A stretch of 37,408 bases of DNA, taken from the IMG/VR virus record IMGVR_UViG_3300049436_000016; one strand, written 5' to 3'. Positions 5,705 through 13,192 of the stretch are shown piece after piece. Source of the DNA: a virus. Each line of letters starts with the position of its first letter. The first letter of the stretch is position 1. The notes below the pieces were generated by a model. That model was not told the origin of the DNA. It worked only from the letters and a program-made list of their open reading frames with translations, and ran no database searches. The position numbers were made by a program, and so were the translations under genes.

Positions 5705-5920
5705 TCATGCCGCCTCCCGATGCTCATCGTTCGCCGGAATCCCGGCCTGTTTCCGAATCCAGCCCTGAACAGCAGACTCAAGCCAGCCGTTGGCATGTGG
5801 CCCCAGCTTGATCGGAGCCGGGAAGTCACCCTCTTTCACCTTCTTGTAGATGGCCGACTTCTTTAGGCCGACAGTGTTCATCACCTCGGGAAGACGGATG
5901 AATCGTTCGATTGTGCTCAT
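5705..5920 (-). CDS. AlpA-family HTH protein (likely excisionase / regulator), 71 aa
   Basis: MSTIERFIRLPEVMNTVGLKKSAIYKKVKEGDFPAPIKLGPHANGWLESAVQGWI matches the AlpA/Xis-type pattern. GGGAGG RBS. ATGA overlap with the upstream gene. The ORF track gives a longer 5705..5962. Confidence 0.8.
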   Translation of the reverse strand: MSTIERFIRLPEVMNTVGLKKSAIYKKVKEGDFPAPIKLGPHANGWLESAVQGWIRKQAGIPANDEHREAA

Positions 5921-6267
5921 GCTGCCTCCCGCTTCTTGATTGGCATATAAATCCACGGCCATACATCCTTATTCAGCCGCACCTTGCCTTCTTCGATCAG
6001 CGTTCGCGTCAGGTTGTGAATCGCTGTCCTGGATAGCTTCGTGCGCTCGACAAGATCGGTCGATGTGCTTGGCTTCCGCTTTATTTCGGAAAACACTTTG
6101 GAGCGGTTGATTCGCTCGGCCTGAATCATGCTGTGTTCCGGATTGACGTAGACTTTTTCCTCGCGCTTTTTCTTTGGGCGGTCGCGGTACTCTTCAGCGA
6201 GAAATATCGTAGCGTGACCGGTGATGGTGGGCTTTTGTCCGGTCAGGATTGTGGCGATCATGCTCAT
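5917..6267 (-). CDS. Winged-helix DNA-binding protein (116 aa)
   Basis: ORF track. STDLVERTKLSRTAIHNLTRTLIEEGKV resembles a MarR/wHTH recognition unit. Confidence 0.65.
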   Translation of the reverse strand: MSMIATILTGQKPTITGHATIFLAEEYRDRPKKKREEKVYVNPEHSMIQAERINRSKVFSEIKRKPSTSTDLVERTKLSRTAIHNLTRTLIEEGKVRLNKDVWPWIYMPIKKREAA

Positions 6268-6803
6268 GGCTGAACCTCTTCACCGAGGCTGCCAGCCGGA
6301 TAGAACACGATGGCCGGGGCGGTGGTTTCAACCATATCGAGCGGTTGCTCGGAATGGTTCCCTTTAACGCTGGCGATAGCGTTGTCCATATAGTCGAACA
6401 GCGTTTCTGCACGGCCATACCAGATAGTGTCGACAATTGGCCCGTCGCCCATCTCGTTCGCGCTTTCGAGACAATTGCGAGCATTAACGAGCGCCGCCAG
6501 TAGTTCGTCGCGTTGTTTTGCAATAAACTCGACGTTCGATTTCGCGCCGGCGATTTCGAGATACAGGTGCGAGATGTTCCCGCGAAGATTGCTCTCTGTT
6601 TCTGCAAGCCGGTTACGCTCGTTGAAGATGCGAACGAATGTCGGCTCGTCGCACTCAAGTTGCACGTTTGGAATGCCTTTGCAGGCATTGACGCAGGCGA
6701 CGATGCGAACCATCTGCTCAGGGGTCGCATCAACCTCGTCAATCAGCAACGGGTATCCGTATTGAACCCGTATCCGTTCCCACGGTTCGTTGAAATTGCT
6801 CAT
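6264..6803 (-). CDS. Hypothetical protein (179 aa)
   Basis: ORF track. 4-nt overlaps with both neighbours. No recognisable motif. Confidence 0.75.
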   Translation of the reverse strand: MSNFNEPWERIRVQYGYPLLIDEVDATPEQMVRIVACVNACKGIPNVQLECDEPTFVRIFNERNRLAETESNLRGNISHLYLEIAGAKSNVEFIAKQRDELLAALVNARNCLESANEMGDGPIVDTIWYGRAETLFDYMDNAIASVKGNHSEQPLDMVETTAPAIVFYPAGSLGEEVQP

Positions 6804-7240
6804 GACGCCAACCCTGTAGACCCAAACCCTCCAGCCCCGCGCTCGGTATCCACAAGCGCACCAGACTGCACCAGTTCAACGCGAACAAACGGCGCAATCA
6901 CCATCTGCGCGATGCGGTCGTTCGGGGTGATCTTGAAAGCCTCGTCGCCTTGGTTGATCATGATCACGCCGACCTCGCCGCGATAGTCGCTGTCGATAGT
7001 GCCGGGAGAGTTCAAAACCGTGACGCCATACTTGTGCGCCAATCCAGAGCGGGGCCGAATCTGAGCCTCGAAACCTTCCGGCAGTTCAACCGCAATGCCG
7101 GTCGGTATCGTCACGCGAACGCCAGGCTGAAGATAGATTTCGAACGGTATGCGGGCGCACAGGTCAAGGCCGGCAGAACCCGGCGTCGCATAGGCCGGGA
7201 TGATGGCTTCGGGGTGCAGTTTGCGAAAATTGAGTTTCAT
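6800..7240 (-). CDS. dut: dUTP diphosphatase (trimeric dUTPase)
   Basis: Motifs [24 protein letters not shown] and GGFGSTG are present in the 146-aa translation. Confidence 0.93.
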   Translation of the reverse strand: MKLNFRKLHPEAIIPAYATPGSAGLDLCARIPFEIYLQPGVRVTIPTGIAVELPEGFEAQIRPRSGLAHKYGVTVLNSPGTIDSDYRGEVGVIMINQGDEAFKITPNDRIAQMVIAPFVRVELVQSGALVDTERGAGGFGSTGLAS

Positions 7241-7255
7241 GTTTTGTCCTTGAAT

Positions 7256-7651
7256 TCAGATAATTTCAATGCCAAGTTCTGTTGCCGCGTAGGATTCAAT
7301 GCGGGTCATGTATTCGGCGAACTGCGAAACGTCTAGCGAGGTGGTCGAGATTCCAATCAGCCGACCATCTGGCGTTTCCTCGAATCCGATGAATTTCCCT
7401 TTGAAGTACTCAGCCCATGATTCAGCGCTAAAGCGTTTTCCTGCCACATAGCCGTTCTCTGCAATCTCGTTGAGGATCAGCCAGTAGCGTTTGTTTTGCT
7501 CGATGCTCCGCTTCGTCTTGTGCGGCGTGACGGTGACGGCCAGAGGCTTGCCATCCGTCGCCATTGGCTTCCAGTTGTTCTTCAGGAAAGCCCAAAGCGC
7601 AGCGGCGTTCATGTCGTCGCGCAATACGAAGGTGCGGAGCATCGCGGCCAT
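7256..7651 (-). CDS. ninB: NinB/Orf-family recombination mediator
   Basis: KRSIEQNKRYWLILNEIA...SAESWAEYFKGKF...STTSLDVSQFAEYM parallels lambda NinB (RSLDQNRKLWA...ESWK...STS...F.E). Confidence 0.8.
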   Translation of the reverse strand: MAAMLRTFVLRDDMNAAALWAFLKNNWKPMATDGKPLAVTVTPHKTKRSIEQNKRYWLILNEIAENGYVAGKRFSAESWAEYFKGKFIGFEETPDGRLIGISTTSLDVSQFAEYMTRIESYAATELGIEII

Positions 7652-7654
7652 TGG

Positions 7655-8149
7655 TTATTTGATCCTCAGACTTGTTCCGCGTGAAAGGTGAGCGCCTGGA
7701 ACCGCGTAACCATCCTTAATCGCCTGCTTCAAGAGCGCCTTATCGAGATGGAACGTTGCAGGGATTTCCTTAAAGTAATCACGCGGGATCAGTGATTCAT
7801 CATCTACGGTGACGGCTTCCGGGTTCTGTGCCAGCGTGATAACGAACCACGGACATTCAATCTTCTGAATGCCAGCGATTTCCATGTTCGTCTTCAGGTA
7901 TTGCTTGAGCGATTCGGCGCGTTTCTCGTAAGCCTTGCGGCGCTCGGCGAGTTGCTGCTCGGCTTCCTTGATCTGCTTTGCGTCAGATTCAAGATTGCGG
8001 AACACGGCTGCAACGTTCTTTCCCTTTTCGATTAGGTCAGTGCTTTCGCTTTCAAGCGTGTCCATGATGGTCTGGTCATCAAGATCAAGATCGTGCAGCT
8101 TGTCAGACAGGGCGCGATGCTCTGCGGCTAGTTGGAATAATGCGGTCAT
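7655..8149 (-). CDS. Siphovirus Gp157-like protein (164 aa from the ATG at 8149)
   Basis: ORF track 7655..8176. The central coiled coil plus the C-terminal IPRDYFKEIP...LDKALLKQAIKDG fit the Gp157 family as I recall it. GGAGAA RBS before the internal ATG. Confidence 0.7.
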   Translation of the reverse strand: MTALFQLAAEHRALSDKLHDLDLDDQTIMDTLESESTDLIEKGKNVAAVFRNLESDAKQIKEAEQQLAERRKAYEKRAESLKQYLKTNMEIAGIQKIECPWFVITLAQNPEAVTVDDESLIPRDYFKEIPATFHLDKALLKQAIKDGYAVPGAHLSRGTSLRIK

Positions 8150-8197
8150 GGTGTTCTCCGTAACCTGCCAGCACACGCCAGCTGGTTTGATTGATGA

Positions 8198-8593
8198 TCA
8201 GAAATGAATGTCGTCGCCAAGGTCGTCAAATTGCGGTTTTTTCGCATCGCTTTGTTGCTGCGTTTCATGGCTTCCGGCTTCGTCTTTCTTGCCGCCAAGC
8301 AAGGTTAGGTCGTTCACGCGAACCTCAAGCGAATAGCGTTTCTGACCTTCCCTGTCCGTGTATTCGCGGTTTGCGAGTTCGCCAGAGATGGCAACCTGAG
8401 TTTTGTCTTTCAGGTACGGTAAAACGCTTTCTCCTTTCTTTCCCCATACGTTGAACTTGATCCACGAGGTTGTTTTGTTCTGTCCGTAGCCAGCATCGAC
8501 AGCGCCCTTGAAGCTGACGATTGAATCGCCGCCTTGGGTGAATCGCTGCTCGGCGTCTTTGTAAAGTCGGGTGGTGCAGGTGAAAACGTTCAT
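8198..8593 (-). CDS. ssb: Single-stranded DNA-binding protein
   Basis: OB-fold-like N-terminus (TSWIKFNVWGKKGE...) and an acidic tail DDLGDDIHF typical of SSB C-termini. Confidence 0.88.
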   Translation of the reverse strand: MNVFTCTTRLYKDAEQRFTQGGDSIVSFKGAVDAGYGQNKTTSWIKFNVWGKKGESVLPYLKDKTQVAISGELANREYTDREGQKRYSLEVRVNDLTLLGGKKDEAGSHETQQQSDAKKPQFDDLGDDIHF

Positions 8594-8601
8594 GGTTATT
8601 C

Positions 8602-9186
8602 CTATGCTTGAGAGGCTGTAGAAGCGGCAAGTGCTTTGGCCTTCTTAGCGTTGAATGCTTCGATGAACCGTCCAAGCGCAGCGGAATCATTTGCTGCCGC
8701 TTCTTCTGCCTTGGCGTATGCGTCCTTCAGTTCCTTGCCGTTCTTGGCGTCGTTGATTGCTGTGATGTGATCAACAATCGAAGATTCTGGAAGCCCTTTG
8801 TTTGATGGCCGGTGGGCGCTTGCGGCGTTGCCGTCGTCGTCTTCTGCCGCGATTCCACATGACGCCATAAGCGAATAACGGCGGGCGTAGCTGAGGGCGC
8901 TTCCGTAGCCCTGCGGGTCTTGTTTGCTTGCCGGAACGTGTAGCTTTCCACAGCGCAGAACTTCACCTGATTCATGAAGAAATACGGTTTCAACAGTGAC
9001 GCCCGTTTGATCGTCAAATGTCTCTTGGATCATCGCTATGCCATTCGCCAGAAGTGCTTCATCGACCGCTTCAAGGCATGCGGCCAAATCGGCGTACTTG
9101 CTCTTGAATGCTGGATTTGTCTTGCACTTCAATGCCGGGCCAAATGCTTTTTTTGCCTTCACAAATGCTGTTGCAATATTGTTCAT
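8602..9186 (-). CDS. erf: ERF-family single-strand annealing recombinase
   Basis: FKSKYADLAACLEAVDEALLANGIAMIQ and GSALSYARRYSLMASCGIAAEDDDGN match the conserved blocks of P22 Erf-type proteins. Confidence 0.88.
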   Translation of the reverse strand: MNNIATAFVKAKKAFGPALKCKTNPAFKSKYADLAACLEAVDEALLANGIAMIQETFDDQTGVTVETVFLHESGEVLRCGKLHVPASKQDPQGYGSALSYARRYSLMASCGIAAEDDDGNAASAHRPSNKGLPESSIVDHITAINDAKNGKELKDAYAKAEEAAANDSAALGRFIEAFNAKKAKALAASTASQA

Positions 9187-9359
9187 GCTGCTAACCTCGC
9201 CTGTTCGTTAAACATGTCGGCTTCTTCCGATCCGTAGAACTCGGAAATAGGAATGCCGCAGTGATGTGCCAGCAGTGAAAGCTCGTCGCAAGTCAGGTCT
9301 GAATCGACCAGCTTGGTAAGAATCTCGACCAGCAAGCGCCTTTGTTCTTCTTGGCTCAT
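9183..9359 (-). CDS. Hypothetical small protein (58 aa; below the ORF-track cutoff)
   Basis: Hand translation: MSQEEQRRLLVEILTKLVDSDLTCDELSLLAHHCGIPISEFYGSEEADMFNEQARLAA. ATGA overlaps at both ends (9356-9359 and 9183-9186). Confidence 0.6.
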   Translation of the reverse strand: MSQEEQRRLLVEILTKLVDSDLTCDELSLLAHHCGIPISEFYGSEEADMFNEQARLAA

Positions 9360-9577
9360 TGCTTTACCTCTTGGACTTTGGTTACTGCGAAATTCTTGAA
9401 GCCTTCAGCGGCGGCAAGGTCGCGGGCGATCTGTGCGGCTGCATCGCGGTTTGCTGCGGTCAGCGGATAGACAAGCTCCGAACAAAGGTGCTTGACTATG
9501 CTGGACATTCCGACCGGCTTCAATGTGACTTCGAAGCGGATGGGCGCTTTCACCATGTTGGTCATGTTGAGAGCCAT
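9356..9577 (-). CDS. Hypothetical protein (73 aa from ATG; the ORF is open from a GTG at 9583)
   Basis: ORF track 9356..9583. Globular-looking sequence. Confidence 0.7.
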   Translation of the reverse strand: MALNMTNMVKAPIRFEVTLKPVGMSSIVKHLCSELVYPLTAANRDAAAQIARDLAAAEGFKNFAVTKVQEVKQ

Positions 9578-9579
9578 GA

Positions 9580-9747
9580 TCACAGCCCCAAGAAGCCAAC
9601 AAAGAGAACGACAGTGGCGATTGCCAGGACAGCCCAGCCGATGGCCTCAACGGCGCTCGGTACGACTTCGAACTCTTCTGCCGTGAATGGCACCCGCTTG
9701 AGTTCTGCCGGCTGGGTGCGCTCGAAACGTGCGTCTGCGTATTGCAT
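9580..9747 (-). CDS. Small membrane-anchored protein (55 aa; below the ORF-track cutoff)
   Basis: Hand translation: MQYADARFERTQPAELKRVPFTAEEFEVVPSAVEAIGWAVLAIATVVLFVGFLGL, with a C-terminal TM helix. AGGGGA lies upstream of the ATG at 9747. The stop abuts the next start. Confidence 0.55.
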   Translation of the reverse strand: MQYADARFERTQPAELKRVPFTAEEFEVVPSAVEAIGWAVLAIATVVLFVGFLGL

Positions 9748-9966
9748 GATTCATCCCCTGAAAATCCCCGCTGGCCCTGAAGGTATGCTCCGGTACTCAG
9801 CCTGTGGCCTGTTCTCGTAACTCCGAACTGCCAGCGGGGTGTTGCCCTCGCGGATTTCCGTGTCCGCTTGCCTTTGCGCTGTGCTGTCACCGTCGATCCT
9901 GTTCTGTCTCTGGTCGCTGGCGCATTGGCCGGTTTCTCTGTAGCGGTGTTTTGCTTCAGTGACTCC

Positions 9967-10008
9967 ATTAAACAACGCGTTTAAACAGAAGTCAAACACT
10001 TTGTTTAA
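9967..10008 (-). promoter_or_regulatory. PL-like early-left promoter with two operators (OL)
   Basis: Minus strand: TTGACT (9995-9990), 17 nt, TTTAAT (9972-9967). Operators are TTAAAC-aacgc-GTTTAA (9968-9984, over -10) and TCAAAC-acttt-GTTTAA (9992-10008, over -35). Confidence 0.75.
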
Positions 10009-10037
10009 TATTTTTTAGCCTGTGTAATTTTTGGGCG

Positions 10038-10061
10038 AAAAAAAACCGCCCGTAGGCGGTT
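10038..10061 (-). terminator. Strong rho-independent terminator ending the cI-lipoprotein operon (insulates PL)
   Basis: Minus strand: ACCGCC-TACG-GGCGGT followed by T8. It lies 19 nt after the lipoprotein stop. Confidence 0.88.
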
Positions 10062-10079
10062 CTGATGATCAGGATTAGG

Positions 10080-10289
10080 TCAGTTTTCTTTTTCGTATCC
10101 CTTGGACAGCATGCAGCGTTCGTAAAGCCTCATTTGCTCTATTACCGTTCCCCGAATGTTTCGCGCATCGCGTTCGCATTCGTAATCGTCGCGGTCAAAC
10201 TGCTTCGCGTCCGGCCCCTGCTTGAACTCTGCGGCAGACAGCGTGCAGCCAGAGGCAATGATTGATAGTGCAATGATCAGCTTTTTCAT
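10080..10289 (-). CDS. Small lipoprotein (69 aa) translationally coupled to the repressor gene
   Basis: MKKLIIALSIIASG|C is a classic lipobox. ATGA overlap with the cI stop (10286-10289). The mature part carries three further Cys residues. Confidence 0.85.
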   Translation of the reverse strand: MKKLIIALSIIASGCTLSAAEFKQGPDAKQFDRDDYECERDARNIRGTVIEQMRLYERCMLSKGYEKEN

Positions 10290-11086
10290 ATCCGCTCACT
10301 TTGTTTATAGACCACGCGCCCGATGATCTTCACATCTTCAGTGCAACGCTTTGGCGCGAATCGGCGTTGATCTGCATTGTCACTGGTCGCCCACCATTCC
10401 CCCGCGTCACGGCGCAGGCGCTTAATGACAAGCTCGCCCTCATAGTTCATGGCGAAGGCGTCACCATCATGCGGCGATGTGTCGGCGGTATTGATCACGA
10501 CCAGATCGCCATCCCATAAAGCAGGCTCCATGCTGGCCCCCGAGACGCGAACGGAAAACAATAGCTCTGGCCGGAATCCGTTTGTCTCAAACCAGTCTTG
10601 GCGAAAGAAAACCGGCTTCCCGTTGCCGTTTTCCGGCTCGATGGCGTACCCACTGACGCCAGCAGATAGTTTGAATTTAACGCGAGGCACTTCCTGAAGG
10701 TCTGGATGCTCTGACAAGTCTTGAAGTTGCGGCGCACTCGGCTCCATTGCCAGCAGCGCGCTTGATGTCTTTCCTGATCCTGTGGCGTACATCAGCAAAC
10801 CACGCGCCCCGCGCATGCTTCCAACACCCGTTCGAAGCCAGTGCGCAGATACGCCGATGCGCTCTTCGGCAATGAGCATGCCTTCCTTTGACATGCCGCG
10901 CGCTTCCCAGTTGTTCACCTTCTGAGGTGAAGCGTTCAACAGGTTTGCAACGGCGGTTTGGCCTTCGGTTTCGGCCAGTTCCTTCGCTGCCAGGTAGAGG
11001 CGTTCCATTGTTTCGTGCATGCCGTCGATTTTCTCAGCACTAAACAAATCGGTGTTAAACGCAGCGTTTGACTTATTTTTAAACAT
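10286..11086 (-). CDS. cI: CI-type repressor: N-terminal HTH + C-terminal S24 (LexA-like) autopeptidase
   Basis: QTAVANLLNASPQKVNNWEARG reads as an HTH; GASMEP...VIKRL is the Ser/Lys dyad. The first 22 codons overlap PR and both OR operators, so the real start may be M23 (ATG at 11020). Confidence 0.9.
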   Translation of the reverse strand: MFKNKSNAAFNTDLFSAEKIDGMHETMERLYLAAKELAETEGQTAVANLLNASPQKVNNWEARGMSKEGMLIAEERIGVSAHWLRTGVGSMRGARGLLMYATGSGKTSSALLAMEPSAPQLQDLSEHPDLQEVPRVKFKLSAGVSGYAIEPENGNGKPVFFRQDWFETNGFRPELLFSVRVSGASMEPALWDGDLVVINTADTSPHDGDAFAMNYEGELVIKRLRRDAGEWWATSDNADQRRFAPKRCTEDVKIIGRVVYKQSERI

Positions 11087-11096
11087 AGCGTTTAAT
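11055..11096 (+). promoter_or_regulatory. PR-like early-right promoter with two operators (OR)
   Basis: TTGACT (11068-11073), 17 nt, TTTAAT (11091-11096). Operators are TTAAAC-gcagc-GTTTGA (11055-11071) and TTAAAC-atagc-GTTTAA (11079-11095). This is the mirror image of PL/OL. Confidence 0.75.
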
Positions 11097-11127
11097 GTGG
11101 CCTATGGAAACAAATCAGAGAGCAACC

Positions 11128-11298
11128 ATGAACGATTCCGAAACCATCAAGCGACTTGGCGGGCCTGCTGTTCTGGCTAAACGCCTTGGCTACAAGAACG
11201 GCGGAACGCAACGAGTTTTCAACTGGACGAAGCGCGGCATTCCTGCCCAGGTGAAGGTTGATTTCCCGAAGTTGTTCCTCGGTAAAAAGGCTGTTTGA
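11128..11298 (+). CDS. cro: Cro-like HTH regulator (56 aa)
   Basis: ORF track 11095..11298. The ATG at 11128 lies downstream of PR. IKRLGGPAVLAKRLGYKNGGTQRVFNWTKRGIPA matches the Cro/YdaS-type pattern. Divergent from cI. Confidence 0.8.
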   Translation: MNDSETIKRLGGPAVLAKRLGYKNGGTQRVFNWTKRGIPAQVKVDFPKLFLGKKAV

Positions 11299-11339
11299 CA
11301 TGTTTGATCCTTTGAACATGTCGACCAGCTTATTTTTTT
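11297..11339 (+). terminator. tR1-like hairpin + T7 tract immediately after cro
   Basis: GACATGTT...AACATGTC (8 bp, extendable with G-U pairs), then gaccagctta-TTTTTTT. The T tract starts 10 nt after the stem, so it is non-canonical. Confidence 0.4.
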
Positions 11340-11391
11340 GTCTGAAGCGTGTCTTTACGAACGCTTACGAATGAATCGGAAGGGGTAGTAA

Positions 11392-11790
11392 ATGCAAACC
11401 GAACTACCGTTCTACGAAGGCCCGGAAGACGCTCTCAGAGCAGCCATTCAGGCGCTTGGCGGGGCCAAGAAAGTCGGCCCGATGATGTGGCCAGACAAAG
11501 GCGTTGACGCATCTTCCCGCCTTCTTCTTGACTGCATCAATCCAAGCCGCGCCGAGAAACTGGACATGTCGCAACTGATGCGCGTGTTTGCTCTTGCGAA
11601 GGAAGCCGGATGCCATGGCCCGTTCGCCTGGTTCGCCGGAGAAATCGGTTACGACACGAAGCCGATCACCAAGGCCGAAGAAGTCGACCGCCTGACTACC
11701 GTCATTGAGCAATCAGCCAAAACGCTGGCCGCTGCCATGTCTGCAATGGAGCGTATCCAGAACACGGCAAACATCCGGAGGGCAGCATGA
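11392..11790 (+). CDS. Hypothetical early protein (132 aa; CII-position)
   Basis: ORF track. GGAAGGGG RBS. No motif recognised. Confidence 0.75.
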   Translation: MQTELPFYEGPEDALRAAIQALGGAKKVGPMMWPDKGVDASSRLLLDCINPSRAEKLDMSQLMRVFALAKEAGCHGPFAWFAGEIGYDTKPITKAEEVDRLTTVIEQSAKTLAAAMSAMERIQNTANIRRAA

Positions 11791-11921
11791 ACCACGTTCA
11801 AGAAATCGCCGCAATCGTTGCGGCAATCGCTCTAGTCGCTCTCGTTGCATCAGTCGGAATCAGCGCATTGCTGAAGCCCGTGGGTAGCGTACTGAGCGAC
11901 TGGAAGAGGTTCACGCAATGA
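11787..11921 (+). CDS. Small single-pass membrane protein (44 aa; below the ORF-track cutoff)
   Basis: Hand translation: MNHVQEIAAIVAAIALVALVASVGISALLKPVGSVLSDWKRFTQ. ATGA overlaps at both ends (11787-11790 and 11918-11921). Confidence 0.6.
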   Translation: MNHVQEIAAIVAAIALVALVASVGISALLKPVGSVLSDWKRFTQ

Positions 11922-12124
11922 GCCAGTGTGAACGCCTTCTTGATCGCCTTCAGGTCGCTCCGATCACGCCGCTAGAAGCATGGAGCGAACTAGGCGTGGA
12001 AAGACTCGCTGCGAGAGTTTTTGACTTACGTGAATCCGGTCACCACATCACAAAAGAAACCGTCATTGTCGCCAATCGCTTCGGCGAAGCGTGCCATGTG
12101 GCGCGTTATCGGCTGGTGAAGTAA
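11918..12124 (+). CDS. Winged-helix DNA-binding protein (HTH_39-like)
   Basis: ITPLEAWSELGVERLAARVFDLRESGHHI matches the 'helical domain + RLAARI.ELR..G' signature of that family. Confidence 0.7.
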   Translation: MSQCERLLDRLQVAPITPLEAWSELGVERLAARVFDLRESGHHITKETVIVANRFGEACHVARYRLVK

Positions 12125-12212
12125 TGCAACCGTCTAGCCAAGGACAAAAAAATTGCCCCACGTTGGCGACCTTGCAGGGTCCGTGGGGCTTGAATCATCT
12201 GGAGCAAGTGTA

Positions 12213-12878
12213 ATGGCTAGGATCAGAACAATCAAGCCCGAATTCTTCACATCGGAGGACATCGTTGAGCTTGAACCGTTGGCCCGTCTTTTGTACATCG
12301 CCCTATGGTGCGAAGCAGACAAAGAGGGTCGTTTTTCTTGGAAGCAGAAGACTTTCAAGATGCGTTATTTCCCAGGCGACGATTGCAACATTGACGCGTT
12401 ATGTGACGCGTTAGTGACGCGTGGCCTTGTGTGTTTGTACGGTGAAAACCTCGCGTTTATACCGTCATTCAGCGAACACCAGCACATAAATCCTCGCGAA
12501 AAAGAATCAACAATTCCCGGTCCTGATGAATATTTAGACCCACGCGTCAGTGACGCGTCAGTGACGGATGCAGCACGCGCAGGGAGGAAGGAAGGGAAGG
12601 AAGGGAAGGGAAAGGTAGTCGCGTCAAAACGCGAAACGCTAATCCCTGACGACTTCGCGATTTCTGAAAACGTCCAGAAGTGGGCAGATGAAAACGGTCA
12701 CACGGACCTCGATGCTCACTTGGCAAACTTTACCGACTCCTGCAAGGCCAAGGGGTACAAGTACATCGATTGGGACGCGGCGTTTCGAAATGCGATTTCG
12801 AAGAATTGGGCCAAGGTCACGCCGAAGCCGAAGCAAGCGCCTGGTGCGCTGCCTGACTTCATGAAGGGCGCGCTATGA
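12213..12878 (+). CDS. Replication initiator/organiser protein containing the ori iterons (221 aa)
   Basis: ORF track 12153..12878. The ATG at 12213 has a GGAG RBS. The MARIRTIKPEFFTSEDI...RLLYIALWCEADKEGR N-domain is common in phage replication proteins. The C-terminal ...DWDAAFRNAISKNWAKV is DnaT/O-like. Internal iterons are present (see the repeat feature). Confidence 0.7.
   Translation: MARIRTIKPEFFTSEDIVELEPLARLLYIALWCEADKEGRFSWKQKTFKMRYFPGDDCNIDALCDALVTRGLVCLYGENLAFIPSFSEHQHINPREKESTIPGPDEYLDPRVSDASVTDAARAGRKEGKEGKGKVVASKRETLIPDDFAISENVQKWADENGHTDLDAHLANFTDSCKAKGYKYIDWDAAFRNAISKNWAKVTPKPKQAPGALPDFMKGAL
12392..12615. repeat. Candidate origin of replication: iterons, AT-rich spacer and a 35-nt polypurine tract inside the initiator gene
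   Basis: TGACGCGT occurs three times at 12392, 12404 and 12415 (11-12 bp phase). The inverted copies ACGCGTCAGTG occur twice at 12542-12563 and include the palindrome TGACGCGTCA (12551-12560). A lower-GC stretch lies between them. An all-purine run spans 12581-12615. Confidence 0.65.
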
Positions 12879-13192
12879 AGGGGTTTGACTTCTTCATCGC
12901 CTGCTACCGGAACGGGGTTGATCTTCCGGTTCGAATCTTCGCCGACGACAAAGCTCCGATAAATTTCTACCGACCGCATGCCGTGTGCTTCATCAATCTC
13001 GAACTGGACGACGAGCAGAAGCCGGAACACATCGCCCTGATGAACGGGATGGACGTTTCAATCATCGCCGACGAACTCAGCGACAAGGTGCGCGAACTGA
13101 CGAAAGCAATCATCGCCATTCGCCCGAAGCATCTGGCGGTTTGTGCTGGCGAAAACCTGCTTTCGTGGGCTGCGCATAGGGGATGGAAATGA
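12875..13192 (+). CDS. Hypothetical protein (105 aa)
   Basis: ORF track. ATGA overlap with the upstream stop. Confidence 0.75.
   Translation: MKGFDFFIACYRNGVDLPVRIFADDKAPINFYRPHAVCFINLELDDEQKPEHIALMNGMDVSIIADELSDKVRELTKAIIAIRPKHLAVCAGENLLSWAAHRGWK

Noticed and set aside
5736-5746. A possible fourth, reverse-oriented copy of the late motif (cggaatcccgg) inside the AlpA-like gene
   Set aside because: Only 10 of 14 positions match. It is on the opposite strand, inside an early gene, and has no similarity in the flanks, so it is consistent with chance.
9405-9999. 187-aa (9405..9968) and 82-aa (9751..9999) minus-strand ORFs at the head of the PL operon. The 187-aa frame includes an Arg-rich stretch (TAQRKGKRTRKSARATPRWQ, reachable from a GTG at 9890) that superficially resembles an N-type arginine-rich motif.
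   Set aside because: Both annotated starts lie upstream of the predicted PL transcription start (about 9960). The 82-aa frame has no ATG, GTG or TTG after that point. The 187-aa frame has poor third-position GC and runs through two better-supported genes (9580..9747 and 9356..9577). An N-like peptide starting at 9890 cannot be excluded, but it is unsupported.
12581-12615. The purine-rich ggaagg/gaaggg repeat as a tandem repeat or CRISPR-like array
   Set aside because: It is a single 35-nt tract with no spacers. It lies in frame within the initiator gene, where it encodes a Gly/Lys/Glu linker. It is retained only as part of the ori observation.
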